From UHGV virus genome UHGV-1963645: 64,000 nt of DNA; one strand, given 5' to 3'. Source of the DNA: a virus. Positions 9,946 through 20,326 of this stretch are shown here, piece after piece. Position 1 is the stretch's first letter. Every line of letters begins with the position of its first letter. A program made the position numbers and the translations under genes. Under the pieces are notes generated by a model, which worked only from the letters and a program-made list of their open reading frames with translations, searched no databases and was not told the DNA's origin.

Positions 9946-10410
9946 TCACCCTCCTTTACCCTGAAGCATGGCGTCGCTCCGCTCTATACTATCCAGCGCG
10001 ATTCGCAGTGCCTGAATTGTGGTAGTGCTATCGTTTGGGGCTATTCCATATCGCTCGAATACAGCTAAATGGTTGCGCATAATCTCAGGCGTAAGCTCTT
10101 TGTAAGCATAAGCAAGAGGCTCTGATGCATTATCCGGCACAACCGACGCAGGCGCGGCAGCATAAACAGGAATAACGTCCGCTTGCTCTTTATTGCTTTC
10201 ATCCGTTAAAGCCCAGAATAATTTCCCGGCCGGATGTTTGAAAATATAAGCAACTGGTTCTGCACTATCAGCTTCGCGCCGCTTCTGTAGCTCTGCTGCC
10301 ATTGCTCTCACGACTTCAACTGGTGCCCTTGCAGCAAACTCTATGTTGGTGATCAGCTCATTAAGATATTGCTCGCTGGGATACTGTTTCTTATTGGTAA
10401 TAGTGATCAT
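9946..10410 (-). CDS. Hypothetical protein, MTTIT-related family
   Basis: N-terminus MITITNKKQYPSEQYL...VEVVRAMAAEL resembles the two paralogs. Confidence 0.55.
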   Translation of the reverse strand: MITITNKKQYPSEQYLNELITNIEFAARAPVEVVRAMAAELQKRREADSAEPVAYIFKHPAGKLFWALTDESNKEQADVIPVYAAAPASVVPDNASEPLAYAYKELTPEIMRNHLAVFERYGIAPNDSTTTIQALRIALDSIERSDAMLQGKGG

Positions 10411-10922
10411 GCCGCGTTTCCTTCTTTCTTATTAACAATTACACCGTCATATATTTCATTAAGGTGCCCTCTCAACTCCATGCGCCTTAATGCAGATAAC
10501 ATGTAATCGCATTCAACCTGCTTATTTCCAGTAAATGGCTTATCGTCAGGATTACCCCAACAGCAATTACCCTTGGGCCACCCATGTACTTTCCGTACTC
10601 TTCCGTTAACAACGTGAAGTAATCCCCAGCCAGGTGGTAAATCCTCAATTGAAATAATTCCCGGCTCACTAATAAAGAATCGCCAGTCGCCCATTCCAAG
10701 AGACGGATTTTTACGGAAACGCTTTTTTCTATCTGCCAACAAGTCAGCACGAGAACACTTCGCCTCTATCAAGCATGATGCTGAACTTCTGAATCCCATA
10801 GCATCTGGCTGTTCTCCGGTGCTGGTTACAGCTATAAAGCGGTCATGAAAGCAAACCTTGAACCCGTTGCGCTTAAGGAACTTGTACGCAATCTGACAGA
10901 GTTCGCGGTGTGTTAACGCCAT
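10407..10922 (-). CDS. Hypothetical protein (possible nuclease-like fold)
   Basis: ORF with inner start MALTHRELCQ that abuts next gene at 10924. Confidence 0.45.
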   Translation of the reverse strand: MALTHRELCQIAYKFLKRNGFKVCFHDRFIAVTSTGEQPDAMGFRSSASCLIEAKCSRADLLADRKKRFRKNPSLGMGDWRFFISEPGIISIEDLPPGWGLLHVVNGRVRKVHGWPKGNCCWGNPDDKPFTGNKQVECDYMLSALRRMELRGHLNEIYDGVIVNKKEGNAA

Positions 10923-10923
10923 C

Positions 10924-11118
10924 TCACTCTCCTTTAGTGCGCAGATAACAGTGGTTTTTCCAGCGGTTTTGCGCCGCGCTGGGCTTTTTGCAAAAACCAC
11001 AATCCATCATCCCGTAATATTTCATCAACCCCATCCGTCGGTTGCTGAGTCTCACCCACTGCCAGACGCCAGGAGCGTTTCTACGAACTAACAGAATCTT
11101 TGCTTTACGGTTTTTCAT
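10924..11118 (-). CDS. Small basic Cys-containing protein
   Basis: 64-aa ORF packed against the downstream gene. Confidence 0.3.
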   Translation of the reverse strand: MKNRKAKILLVRRNAPGVWQWVRLSNRRMGLMKYYGMMDCGFCKKPSAAQNRWKNHCYLRTKGE

Positions 11119-11290
11119 CGCTTTGCTCTCCTGCGTCTCTTTGCTGCTCGTCGTGCCGCTGCAATACCGGTATGGCGGCGCTTTGGTGCCGGGATGATGT
11201 TGTCAGCCATCAGGACATGTGGCTTTGCAATTAGCGCAGAAGCCCAAAAACGAGTCGGGTACGGTAACAAGCCGATACATGCCACACGCA

Positions 11291-12013
11291 TTACTCACCT
11301 CCTTTGATGCGAATGCCTGCGGCGCGGATTGCAGCGATGACTTCAGAAACTTTGTATGCCATTACCGTTTGGTAATCATCGTGAAAATCTGTTCGATGAA
11401 GCATGCTGCTACGTTCCGGGAGCGATATTTCCCGAGCATCCAGTTCCTTAACGCGTTCCTCCAGTTCGTAGACCCTGCATTGTTCTCTATCATCAATCAG
11501 ATATAACCCAAGACATTCGCTTTCTACCCAACCGCCAAAATCATGATCGTAACGCTCACATGAAAACTCACCGTCACCGTCCTTTGTTGGAATGGTGTAA
11601 CTATCTAATGGGCCACCATATGTCGGCACATTTCCCAATGTTGGATGCTCAATCCACATGAAAAATGCACGTCCGGTTATTGGGCAAATATCTGGCCGCC
11701 ATTGGTTACGAACAGCCTTGGTTTCGGATAATTCTTCAGCGTGTTGTTTTACTTCCTCAAGCTCAACTCTCAGCTTCCCTACCGTTAGCGCAATATCCCC
11801 GTTCTTTCTTTCCCGTTCATCCAGCAGCGCCAGCACGGTTTCTGGTCCGGTCAGAAATTTGAAGGCGTTGAGCGCATCAATATCCACACCGTAATCTTTA
11901 AGTTCCTGTTCACTTAACAAATCATCATCAGCTGGCAACATTAACAGGCGTTCCATTGCTGGAATTGCACGTTCCGCCGCCTCACGCAGTGCCTGGTAAT
12001 TAATTTCGCTCAC
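11291..12013 (-). CDS. Hypothetical protein (paralog pair with 12010-12675)
   Basis: N-terminus MSEINYQALREAAERA vs MARMTIDYQVLREAAEQA in neighbour; 4-nt overlap. Confidence 0.6.
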   Translation of the reverse strand: MSEINYQALREAAERAIPAMERLLMLPADDDLLSEQELKDYGVDIDALNAFKFLTGPETVLALLDERERKNGDIALTVGKLRVELEEVKQHAEELSETKAVRNQWRPDICPITGRAFFMWIEHPTLGNVPTYGGPLDSYTIPTKDGDGEFSCERYDHDFGGWVESECLGLYLIDDREQCRVYELEERVKELDAREISLPERSSMLHRTDFHDDYQTVMAYKVSEVIAAIRAAGIRIKGGE

Positions 12014-12675
12014 TGGTTGCCTCCTTTGCGAAGCTGGGCAGCAAAGTCAACTAACCACTCAGTCATTTCAACCTTCCCTACCAGGTCTGAACCAGGGTGC
12101 ATACAGCAATCACTCTGCGCCGCTTTGAAATCCTTATACTCATATTCTTGGGCCACCAGATTTTTTGCAGCTTCTATAGCAGCATCCACCCCCTGCGCCC
12201 GCACTTCAGACAGGAAAGCATCGGTAGCTGGAGTTTCGCTGTGGTGCAGGGCATCGTTGATAATCATTGCAGCAACTCCGGCCTGCCCTGCATCCGTGAC
12301 CGACACATGCTCAAGAGTTACGGCCATTGCGTGTTTCAGCCCAGCGTTCTCCGCCACCAGCGCCGCGAGATTAGTCTCAAGCTCTGCAATTCGACACATA
12401 GCATCAATATTTGTGTCCTCCAGGCGCTTAATTTCATCCAGTAGAGCCAGCACAACTTTGGGTGGGATAGCCGCGATATAACGGGCATTGGCACCAGCGT
12501 TTCTCTGTCCATCAATGCCAGGCCAGTCAATAAAGTATCCGCAATGCCTACCCTCAGACGTATGCGCAGGATAAGTGCCGTTTTGCCCCGGCAAAATATA
12601 TGCTACCCATTCATCTTGCGTTGCCTGTTCCGCCGCCTCGCGCAGTACCTGATAGTCAATTGTCATTCTCGCCAT
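12010..12675 (-). CDS. Hypothetical protein (paralog pair)
   Basis: Shared N-terminal motif with 11291-12013; ALLDEIKRLE coiled-coil segments in both. Confidence 0.6.
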   Translation of the reverse strand: MARMTIDYQVLREAAEQATQDEWVAYILPGQNGTYPAHTSEGRHCGYFIDWPGIDGQRNAGANARYIAAIPPKVVLALLDEIKRLEDTNIDAMCRIAELETNLAALVAENAGLKHAMAVTLEHVSVTDAGQAGVAAMIINDALHHSETPATDAFLSEVRAQGVDAAIEAAKNLVAQEYEYKDFKAAQSDCCMHPGSDLVGKVEMTEWLVDFAAQLRKGGNQ

Positions 12676-13307
12676 CCTTCACAGTTGTAATCACTACAGC
12701 CTTCAAAATCATATGGGCTGTACTGCCAGGTGATTTTTCCGCAATGCGGACAATTCCAACGCACCTTCCCGCTTCGCGACTTCTTTCTTCTGTTCTGCTC
12801 TTTCAACCAGTCAGGCATGACCAAACCTGCGCCCTGAACCATTGTTCTGCGGTTAAAGTTATTGATATTGAACGTCCGGCGCTTTGCTGCATCAGCAATG
12901 GAAAATGGCAACCAAACTATTCCTGGTTCGTTTTTGTTGGCGACGCTAAAGATGGTCGCTTTACTGAAGTCATCTGTTGGCAATCCACCGTGTTGAAGCC
13001 AGTAAACATCGTTGCCGTTCCAGCTACCTTTTTTGTAGGCCACATACGCAGTGCAATCTGACTCAATCAGGCTTTCTGTAGGGATGTACTGGCAATCAAC
13101 GTGCCACACAGCCATTGCATCCACACTATCGGCACAAACAGGCTGATCGATATCTCGCCCACAACTCCAGGCTTTTTGGGCTTCTTCCAGCGTGTAAACA
13201 TGAGCGCGATCGATATCAGAACTGTAACCATTGCCGTTATGGCAATGGAATGAGGCGTTATTACCCACAGTTTCACGCAAGCACATCATGTAAAAGCGGT
13301 TATTCAC
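12663..13307 (-). CDS. Hypothetical Cys-rich protein
   Basis: 214-aa ORF with C-terminal CPHCG...C..C zinc-ribbon-like motif. Confidence 0.5.
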   Translation of the reverse strand: MNNRFYMMCLRETVGNNASFHCHNGNGYSSDIDRAHVYTLEEAQKAWSCGRDIDQPVCADSVDAMAVWHVDCQYIPTESLIESDCTAYVAYKKGSWNGNDVYWLQHGGLPTDDFSKATIFSVANKNEPGIVWLPFSIADAAKRRTFNINNFNRRTMVQGAGLVMPDWLKEQNRRKKSRSGKVRWNCPHCGKITWQYSPYDFEGCSDYNCEGWRE

Positions 13308-13584
13308 TGGTTGCCTCCGCTTCCCACGTTTTCAGACTTTCACCACAGAACGGGCAAAATGAAACTCGAATAGGCGATTTAGAAAATTCACCAGACCGCA
13401 GCATGATCAGGTCTTGTGAATGAATTAATTCATGGTTATAGATTTTGTATTTCAGCAGACCTTTTCGCGTCGTGTATTCAGCGTCATGCTCCAGGGATTG
13501 TGCCAACGCCGCGCACGGTTCTATCTTGTTGCCATTAATTTGGCATTTTGACTCACTCACTGGTTGCCCCCTGAATACGCTCAA
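13300..13584 (-). CDS. Small zinc-ribbon protein
   Basis: 94-aa ORF with CPFCG motif. Confidence 0.4.
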   Translation of the reverse strand: MSVFRGQPVSESKCQINGNKIEPCAALAQSLEHDAEYTTRKGLLKYKIYNHELIHSQDLIMLRSGEFSKSPIRVSFCPFCGESLKTWEAEATSE

Positions 13585-14293
13585 ACTCGATTACCCACAC
13601 CCAGGGATTAGCGTTCCAGCTTTCTTCACCATAGATGGATTCCCACAGGCGCTGGAACGCAACCTTGGCCATTGCGAAATCTCCCTTGGGAGTTAGGAAT
13701 GTTCCCGGGTGATCAGGAAGCAAACTTCCAGCAGGCTGAACGCCCTCATCCCTTGCATCGCATTCGCTGATATCGTTCAACCGCTCAACGCGCACGTTGG
13801 TAATTTCCAACAGAATGCGTGATGCCCATCGCGGCATGTGAATTGATGGACGCCACCCACCATCAAACTTTTCATTCACAGTGTGAGGTTTCCAGTCGGC
13901 ATCATCGGGTATCGACCATAAACCGTAATCACCAGGCTTTTGCTCACAACTGGCCCGATAAATCCTTGCTGCGTTCTTCTCATCGCCACGACAAAGGTTG
14001 TCGTTCCAGTCCACACTGCAACCATCTTCATTGCCTAATATCGCCCATGTTTCACGAACCCAAATTCGATCGCCGACGATACCAAAGGGGCAATTGAAAA
14101 CACTGCTTACACCATCAGCCCCGTACCACTGAAAACCTGCACCAATTTTTCTAACCATCACTGGTGCTTCTGGACCAACTTCCGCAGGCTGATTTTTCAT
14201 TATCCGCCGCGTCTGCGTTTTCCTTCCTTCGAGGATGGCCCGGACCATCTCATCGTTGAAAATCATGCCGCGCTCTTTCACTTCGCCTTTCAT
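13553..14293 (-). CDS. Conserved phage protein (MIFNDEMVRAILEGRKTQTRR N-terminal motif)
   Basis: 246-aa ORF; first gene downstream of the operator at 14472-14488. Confidence 0.55.
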   Translation of the reverse strand: MKGEVKERGMIFNDEMVRAILEGRKTQTRRIMKNQPAEVGPEAPVMVRKIGAGFQWYGADGVSSVFNCPFGIVGDRIWVRETWAILGNEDGCSVDWNDNLCRGDEKNAARIYRASCEQKPGDYGLWSIPDDADWKPHTVNEKFDGGWRPSIHMPRWASRILLEITNVRVERLNDISECDARDEGVQPAGSLLPDHPGTFLTPKGDFAMAKVAFQRLWESIYGEESWNANPWVWVIEFERIQGATSE

Positions 14294-14471
14294 GCATCCC
14301 CCTTACCCATGCGCGACGATGCCGCCAAAAGTGATAGAGAACAGCCAGAAATAGATCGCGGCCATAATGATTTTGAATGCCGTGTTCATATTTTCAGCTC
14401 CTGTGATTGATTGGATACATGCCGCGCCTTGCGGCATGTTTTTATTTTCACTTTCTCTGTTTTAAAAATCA

Positions 14472-14488
14472 AGATTTATTAGAGCAAT
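14472..14488. promoter_or_regulatory. C1-operator-like site
   Basis: AGATTTATTAGAGCAAT, 16/17 to reverse complement of ATTGCTCTAATAAATTT. Confidence 0.55.
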
Positions 14489-14994
14489 TATTGTTGATGA
14501 AGAAGCGCATTTTCATATTCCCTGACCATTAACGTAAGTACGCCGTGACTCCTGAAAACACGCGCCACTTCAATCTTATCTTCCAGCGCGAACGCAATTT
14601 TACTTAGACCAATTTTCTTCAGGAGATCAATCTTTGCAGGGCCGTCATTTCTGTCATCGGTGGCAGGACGCATAGATAGCAAAGGCTCAGCCCCATTTGT
14701 TACGTGCTTACGCAACCAAGCTCGTGTTTTATCCCTGGCTATCTCACAGCGCCCGGTTACAAACCAGAGCGTGTAAATGCTGGACAACTGGCGCACCATA
14801 TCAATAACTGGAGTGATGGGAGCATCAGTGTCACAGGCAAGGTTAAACTCGTTCCAGTGCTCTGTTAATGCACCTTTGCCAGGTGGTGGAAGTAAATGCA
14901 GCCTGTCTTCCGTTGCCTCTGATATCGTCCCATCAATATCTACTATGACGATGTACGGACGTTCCTGGTGTGCGTGTTTATTGAAAATACTCAA
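14488..14994 (-). CDS. HAD-superfamily phosphatase-like protein
   Basis: VIVDIDGTIS motif (DxDGT) near N-terminus; 168 aa. Confidence 0.55.
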   Translation of the reverse strand: MSIFNKHAHQERPYIVIVDIDGTISEATEDRLHLLPPPGKGALTEHWNEFNLACDTDAPITPVIDMVRQLSSIYTLWFVTGRCEIARDKTRAWLRKHVTNGAEPLLSMRPATDDRNDGPAKIDLLKKIGLSKIAFALEDKIEVARVFRSHGVLTLMVREYENALLHQQ

Positions 14995-15066
14995 ATGCCC
15001 TCCTCATTGGACGAAAAAAATGCTGGTGGGCGCACTCCACCAGCATTAAAAGTGACACTGTAACTA

Positions 15067-16329
15067 TCAGCGAACGTAAATAGTGCCGCCGTTCTCTTTT
15101 TCCCATGCATCGCTACGTGCATAGCAAACATCGAGAAGTCTTCTTGCCGCAGTTTCCTCTAAACCCAATTCGACAACCAACTGCTCATGACGGCGGGTAA
15201 CCACATCAAACAGGGTATGCAGCCCTTTAGTTGCCAGATCATCAATGAATTCCGGTTCGAACGGCAGCTCTGCCTCTGCCAACATAACCTCTTGCGCCCA
15301 CTCAACTCGACGGACCAGTTCCGGGCGGCGGCTTTCCATCTCTTTACAGATCAATTCATGGAAGAACTCTACCCAACCTTCCGGCTGGAACTCGCGGAAA
15401 ATGGCCAACGGCTGGAAGTTTGGCATCAACCATTCGTTGATCCGGATATCAATGGCATAGCCCATGTCGCAGCAGAACTGATAAGCAAAGTCCAGCTTAG
15501 AAACGATATAAGGACGCTCGTTATTGAACTCTTTAGGCGATGAGATCCCATAAGCCAGGAGGCGCGGGAAGAAGGAGATTTGCCCTAACGTCGGATGAAG
15601 TTTTCTTGCAGGGAAACGGCGCTCAGTAATGCCATACATTTCCTTCTTGAGCGTCGCAAATTTGGCATTCTCATTAACCAGCGCGGTAACCTCTGCTTTT
15701 TTATTAGCAAATGCCACGCGCGCTTCGCTTGCATCTTTAATAGTTTTTTTGAGCTGTTGGTTAAGGTCGGCGACCTGCTTACGCAGTTCCTGTCGCTCGC
15801 TTTTAGCTTTGTTATAGCGTTTCTCAAGGTTAAAAGGATCAAGTTTCATGATCTCTTTATATTGAGATTTTAGCGTTGAAATCTGTGAGTTCCGCAGTTC
15901 AACCATCGCGGTCATTTCATTGAGCTTTGTTTCCAGCTCAATGCTTATACGTTCGGCATTATCAGCACGCTGGTTGGCGTCATGCGTCGCATCGTCGATC
16001 GCGTCCTGTTGCTGGCGTTTCAAATGTTCAATTTGCAGCTGAAGCTCTTCAATTTCTTTACCCTTCAGACCGAGATCCAACTGCATATTTTCAGCTGCAT
16101 CTACCAGGGAGTTATGGCTATCAGCTTCTGCGTTATAAACATCAATAAGCTGTGCGTGAAGCATCTCCGCTGACTGAACCGCATTATCAAAAAAACGCGC
16201 TGTGAGGTCATCACAAATAACGCGGCGTTGCGCGGCCCGGATGTTCTGGATAATGGCCGGGATACCGGCATTCAGGACGTCAGGGATAGATACATTTTCG
16301 ATTGATTGGTTTTGTGCTGAAGTGCTCAT
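15067..16329 (-). CDS. Large coiled-coil protein
   Basis: 420-aa ORF with long heptad-like Q/E/K-rich central region. Confidence 0.55.
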   Translation of the reverse strand: MSTSAQNQSIENVSIPDVLNAGIPAIIQNIRAAQRRVICDDLTARFFDNAVQSAEMLHAQLIDVYNAEADSHNSLVDAAENMQLDLGLKGKEIEELQLQIEHLKRQQQDAIDDATHDANQRADNAERISIELETKLNEMTAMVELRNSQISTLKSQYKEIMKLDPFNLEKRYNKAKSERQELRKQVADLNQQLKKTIKDASEARVAFANKKAEVTALVNENAKFATLKKEMYGITERRFPARKLHPTLGQISFFPRLLAYGISSPKEFNNERPYIVSKLDFAYQFCCDMGYAIDIRINEWLMPNFQPLAIFREFQPEGWVEFFHELICKEMESRRPELVRRVEWAQEVMLAEAELPFEPEFIDDLATKGLHTLFDVVTRRHEQLVVELGLEETAARRLLDVCYARSDAWEKENGGTIYVR

Positions 16330-16563
16330 TTCAAAGTTCCGTATTAGCTTGTGCTTCGGTCATTTTTCCTAAGTATGAAGGAGGAAGGACTACGCAATTT
16401 GTATCCAGTCCCTCACCTATGGCAGCCTGTAAAATTCTGGCTAAGGTGAGTCTCTTGTTGCGATACCTGGTGATGACATGCCTGATACCGCCGGTCGGCG
16501 TAACAAAGGCGATCAGCCAGTAGTGATATTTCCGTCGGAATGGCCACATAGTGCACCTTGTAG

Positions 16564-16620
16564 ATTGCTCTAATAAAAAAACGTGATGAGTGTACATCAC
16601 GTTTTAAAAATATGGAATTA
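16564..16620. promoter_or_regulatory. Pair of C1-operator-like sites in opposite orientation
   Basis: ATTGCTCTAATAAAAAA (16564-16580) and GGAATTATTAGAGCAAT (16604-16620) flanking a probable promoter. Confidence 0.45.
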
Positions 16621-16631
16621 TTAGAGCAATA

Positions 16632-17333
16632 TTATTCTGATTCTTGCTCAAAAAATGAGCTGATAAGGGGAAGCCAATCCTCTGACACTTCGCGAGGTCG
16701 CGGTTTGCCGTGGAAAAAGATTATTCGGCAGTCTTTTGGTAATGCCCCATTCCCCCTGGAGTAACGCGCGCTCGCATATTTTGAACCAGGTTCCACAACA
16801 TCGGCCTTGTAACTTACAAACCATCCTGGATACAGATCCTGAAATGCTGGTGTATCATCGCCCATAACCTTTCGTAAGAACCCCTGGTCACCCCAGCACT
16901 CAGTAGTGACACAACGAGAAATCCAACCTTCCGGATCTTGCCAGAATGAACTCCAGATATGCGCTTTAACACTATTTGGTATCCACAGGGCACCGCTGCC
17001 ACGATATTGTGGATGGTAAAAATCCCTAAGCATGGTGAAGCTGGTTGGTGGATGCTCTAGGATTGGGCGTATATCACCGGCAATAACCGTGTCCAAATCC
17101 AGATAGAACAGATCATCGGTTATATCCGGTCGGAACAACTCTATTTTCGCCCACCAGCCACGGCACTTTTGCCACTGGTTGATCAATGGGACAACTTTGA
17201 CGCCAGGTACATGTAAACGCTTCAGGTCTGTCAGGCAAATAATTTCATAGCCTTTTGGCAGTTGATTAACCAGCCACTGCACATCGGAAGCGTTATAGTC
17301 ACCACCAGAGCGAAAAACTAAAGCAATCTTCAT
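16632..17333 (-). CDS. Putative nucleotide-sugar transferase-like protein
   Basis: 233-aa ORF with YLDLDTV (DxD-like) motif; 4-nt overlap with ppp. Confidence 0.4.
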   Translation of the reverse strand: MKIALVFRSGGDYNASDVQWLVNQLPKGYEIICLTDLKRLHVPGVKVVPLINQWQKCRGWWAKIELFRPDITDDLFYLDLDTVIAGDIRPILEHPPTSFTMLRDFYHPQYRGSGALWIPNSVKAHIWSSFWQDPEGWISRCVTTECWGDQGFLRKVMGDDTPAFQDLYPGWFVSYKADVVEPGSKYASARYSRGNGALPKDCRIIFFHGKPRPREVSEDWLPLISSFFEQESE

Positions 17334-18022
17334 GCTGCACCATCACCTTTCACTTTCATCAATGTCAGGTTTCCGCAAAATACGGCACCAGTGTCGATAT
17401 ACTGCTGATTCCAGAATGTCTTCGGGCTTTTCACCGGAGTGTGACCAAAGATAAAACGATCTGCGCCCGAAATTTCGCCACCAATATCATCCATCGAATC
17501 ACTGATACGCTCGCGCGCCCAGACAACGTTGAAAAGCGGCACCTCCTTACCGAATTGGTATTCATTATCCGGATAGTCGGCATGGGCTATAACGATAGTT
17601 TCTTGCCCGGTGTTCAACTCAATGATATAGGGCAGACGCTTTACCAGCTCCACCAGCGCCCAGGCTAATATTTCCTGATCAGTGTCCAGCATGAAGAACC
17701 ATTGTCCGCCATTCATTAGCCAGTTATTCACGTTGCCATCTGGACTTAACGCATCAATCATCAGCCGCTCATGGTTCCCCATCACTGCCCTGAACCAGGG
17801 CATCTGCAATAGTTCAAGACATTCGACATTTTCAGTACCGCGATCGATAAGGTCGCCGACCGATATCAGTAAATCCTGCGCCGGGTCAAAATCCACACGA
17901 TGGAGTTCGGACATCACTCTGGTGTAGCAACCATGCAGATCACCAACAACCCAGACATTCCTGTATTTGGTACCGTCGATACGGTGATAAATTGTGGGTG
18001 CCATCATGTATTCTTCAGCCAT
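17330..18022 (-). CDS. ppp: Ser/Thr protein phosphatase (metallophosphatase, lambda-PPase-like)
   Basis: GDLHGC, GDLIDRG and GNHE motifs. Confidence 0.8.
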   Translation of the reverse strand: MAEEYMMAPTIYHRIDGTKYRNVWVVGDLHGCYTRVMSELHRVDFDPAQDLLISVGDLIDRGTENVECLELLQMPWFRAVMGNHERLMIDALSPDGNVNNWLMNGGQWFFMLDTDQEILAWALVELVKRLPYIIELNTGQETIVIAHADYPDNEYQFGKEVPLFNVVWARERISDSMDDIGGEISGADRFIFGHTPVKSPKTFWNQQYIDTGAVFCGNLTLMKVKGDGAA

Positions 18023-18630
18023 TCTTTAAGAGTCATCTGCGGAATACCTCCCATTTTCCCGCATGAAACAACGTCAATCCGTTCACGCGCAGACTGGAAT
18101 AACAAAGGCAGGTGACTTAGATTTTTTGGCGTGCCGCCGGAGTGAACGCGTGGTTCTTGTGTAGCGTCAACGCCCACCAGGGCGACATGTTTGAATCCGA
18201 TATGGAAAGCCAGGTTCAGAGCGCCATATGCACTATTGCCGCTGGCAATTTCATTCTCATCTTCGCAAAGTCCGAAATGTGCGGACCAGCGCCACGCCCA
18301 CCACTCGGGAGAATTCGTATTTTTTGGCTCCATGCCACGTTCAGCCACACGACGGAAGCACAGAACGCCGTCTCTGACTTCACGTTCTTTAACATCGGGT
18401 AGTGCCATGCAATAACAAACACCACGGCGACGGCGGCCACGACCAACGCGCCGCATATTGTCTGGCGATGGATCAAGTGTGAAAAAATAAGAAGCGCGGT
18501 TCAGCCAGTCGATGGCCCCATTGACCGCTATAATCGGCACTCCGCGCGGCGCAACAAAGTTTGCGGCGCTTGGGCCACTGCCGACGATAATAACGCGATC
18601 ACTGCCTCTAAATTTATTCTTGGGAAACAT
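18004..18630 (-). CDS. Hypothetical Rossmann-like protein (VGSGPS family, paralog B)
   Basis: N-terminal [10 protein letters not shown]...IIAVN motif shared with 18528-19190. Confidence 0.5.
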   Translation of the reverse strand: MFPKNKFRGSDRVIIVGSGPSAANFVAPRGVPIIAVNGAIDWLNRASYFFTLDPSPDNMRRVGRGRRRRGVCYCMALPDVKEREVRDGVLCFRRVAERGMEPKNTNSPEWWAWRWSAHFGLCEDENEIASGNSAYGALNLAFHIGFKHVALVGVDATQEPRVHSGGTPKNLSHLPLLFQSARERIDVVSCGKMGGIPQMTLKEWLKNT

Positions 18631-19190
18631 TGAATTGCACTGCTCCTACTTGCATTCAAAATATGTAAATCTGCGTGTTTTTTGCGGGTATCCAGGAACT
18701 GCTGTTGCCATTTTGAAATAGAAACCTGCGTTGGATTCCGTAGGGCTTGAGGGTGCGCGCCATGCCAATGAAGGCCGTTTTGCAGAGAACAGTCATAGCC
18801 GACTAATACCACTACTTCAGCCCCTGATTCAGCAGCCAGACTGATAGCCTGCGCGCCGCTATTTACCCCTTCCGCCGGTCCACAATATCGCCTGTACTCC
18901 AACGAAAATGATTTCGCCGCCGCCAGGTTGGCTGTCACTTTGCGGAATCTCCCTCCCGGTATGGTGGATCCGTATTGCTTCCACCATGACAAATCACCGG
19001 CGTATAAGGCATAAATGTCATCGAACATCTGCCAGGAATTGTTAACCGCTATGATTGAACAGCCAGTTTTTTCTATAGCAGCACAGTCCTCACGAGTGAG
19101 TGACGGACCGCTACCGACACAAAAAACAGTCCTAGTCGCCCTGGGTGGTATGTTCATTCTCAGCTGCAAATTCAGCCTCCAGGCGAGCAT
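18528..19190 (-). CDS. Hypothetical Rossmann-like protein (VGSGPS family, paralog A)
   Basis: FCVGSGPS...IIAVNN...VVVLVGYD motifs; about 100-nt out-of-frame overlap with paralog B. Confidence 0.5.
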   Translation of the reverse strand: MLAWRLNLQLRMNIPPRATRTVFCVGSGPSLTREDCAAIEKTGCSIIAVNNSWQMFDDIYALYAGDLSWWKQYGSTIPGGRFRKVTANLAAAKSFSLEYRRYCGPAEGVNSGAQAISLAAESGAEVVVLVGYDCSLQNGLHWHGAHPQALRNPTQVSISKWQQQFLDTRKKHADLHILNASRSSAIQCFPRINLEAVIALLSSAVAQAPQTLLRRAECRL

Positions 19191-19353
19191 TCATTTCAGC
19201 GATTACAGGGTCCACTACAGCATCTGTTTCCTGTTCATTACGCGGCATGACCGATGCCAGCGACTCATAATTAACCTTGGATGACACGATTATTCTCCCG
19301 ATGTTAAAGTGCGCTACCACAAAGAGCGTAAATGCACTAATTAATTTATTATT

Positions 19354-19932
19354 TTAAGCAGCATGCAACCACTTATCGCCGTTCAATACATGCTCAATAG
19401 CCTCACCCTTTTTAAGACTTATGTATTCCAGGATGGCGGTAATCGCTTGTTCTGCACCATACGCAAGAACAACGTAGTAGCCTTCCTCTCTAAGCCTGCG
19501 CATCCAGGCGATCTGCTCTTTCGTCGGGGCTTTACCATTTGGTTCTTTAAGCTCAATTCGCATGCCGTGATAAATACCGCATGCTTTATCGAGACTCATG
19601 TCCGGATAACCTTTTTTCTGCCCTTCAGCCTTCATTTTCCCGGCGGTTGCTTTTGAACGCTTCCCTCCGTTAGGCGTTGCATGCAACAGCTCATAGATGT
19701 CAGGGTGCTTGCGTTCGAAGTAATCAAAAATGAAAACCTGCTCGAAGTGCTCGCAATTTCCGTCGCGCAGGTCTGGGTTCTTTGCCAGTGCTGCAAGTGC
19801 CTTCGCATGTGGAGAAACTTCTTTTACCGGCGCAAGCGATAAGAATGGATCCTTTTTGGTTTTTGGCCTGGACCGCCCCTTATTTCGACGCTCACTAAAA
19901 GCCTGAAACTCTTCCTCAGTAAAGCGCAACAT
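19354..19932 (-). CDS. VRR-NUC domain nuclease-like protein
   Basis: GYPDMSL...GMRIELKEP...EQIAWMRRL pattern typical of VRR-NUC. Confidence 0.55.
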   Translation of the reverse strand: MLRFTEEEFQAFSERRNKGRSRPKTKKDPFLSLAPVKEVSPHAKALAALAKNPDLRDGNCEHFEQVFIFDYFERKHPDIYELLHATPNGGKRSKATAGKMKAEGQKKGYPDMSLDKACGIYHGMRIELKEPNGKAPTKEQIAWMRRLREEGYYVVLAYGAEQAITAILEYISLKKGEAIEHVLNGDKWLHAA

Positions 19933-19934
19933 AA

Positions 19935-20180
19935 TCAGTCAAATCCTGCCGGTCGCATGCCATATTTACGCTGTTTTGCGGCCTGCTCTTCCCTGTGCCA
20001 TTGCGCACACTCAGCGTCACAATAGATGCCTGATTCGATCGGTTCATTGCAGTAACGACACTTCCCTGTAAATACCTGGCTCACGACCTGTGCCTGCTTT
20101 CTGATGTTATCGATGGCCATGTCTTTGAGAGCTTCTAATTGATTCATGCTCAGCTCTGCATCATCAACACGTTCTGCCAA
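19935..20180 (-). CDS. TraR/DksA-type C4 zinc-finger protein
   Basis: CRYCNEPI...CDAEC motif in 81-aa protein. Confidence 0.55.
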   Translation of the reverse strand: MAERVDDAELSMNQLEALKDMAIDNIRKQAQVVSQVFTGKCRYCNEPIESGIYCDAECAQWHREEQAAKQRKYGMRPAGFD

Positions 20181-20326
20181 TTTTGTTTCCTCGTGAAGAA
20201 CCTACTTAAGGGCAGAATGATACATTTCACAATCTAAATTGCACTAATAATTTTCTTTTATTGAGTTAAATATTCAACAAATGACTAGCGATAGAATCAC
20301 CATCATCTATTTCTGGCAGGCTGACT

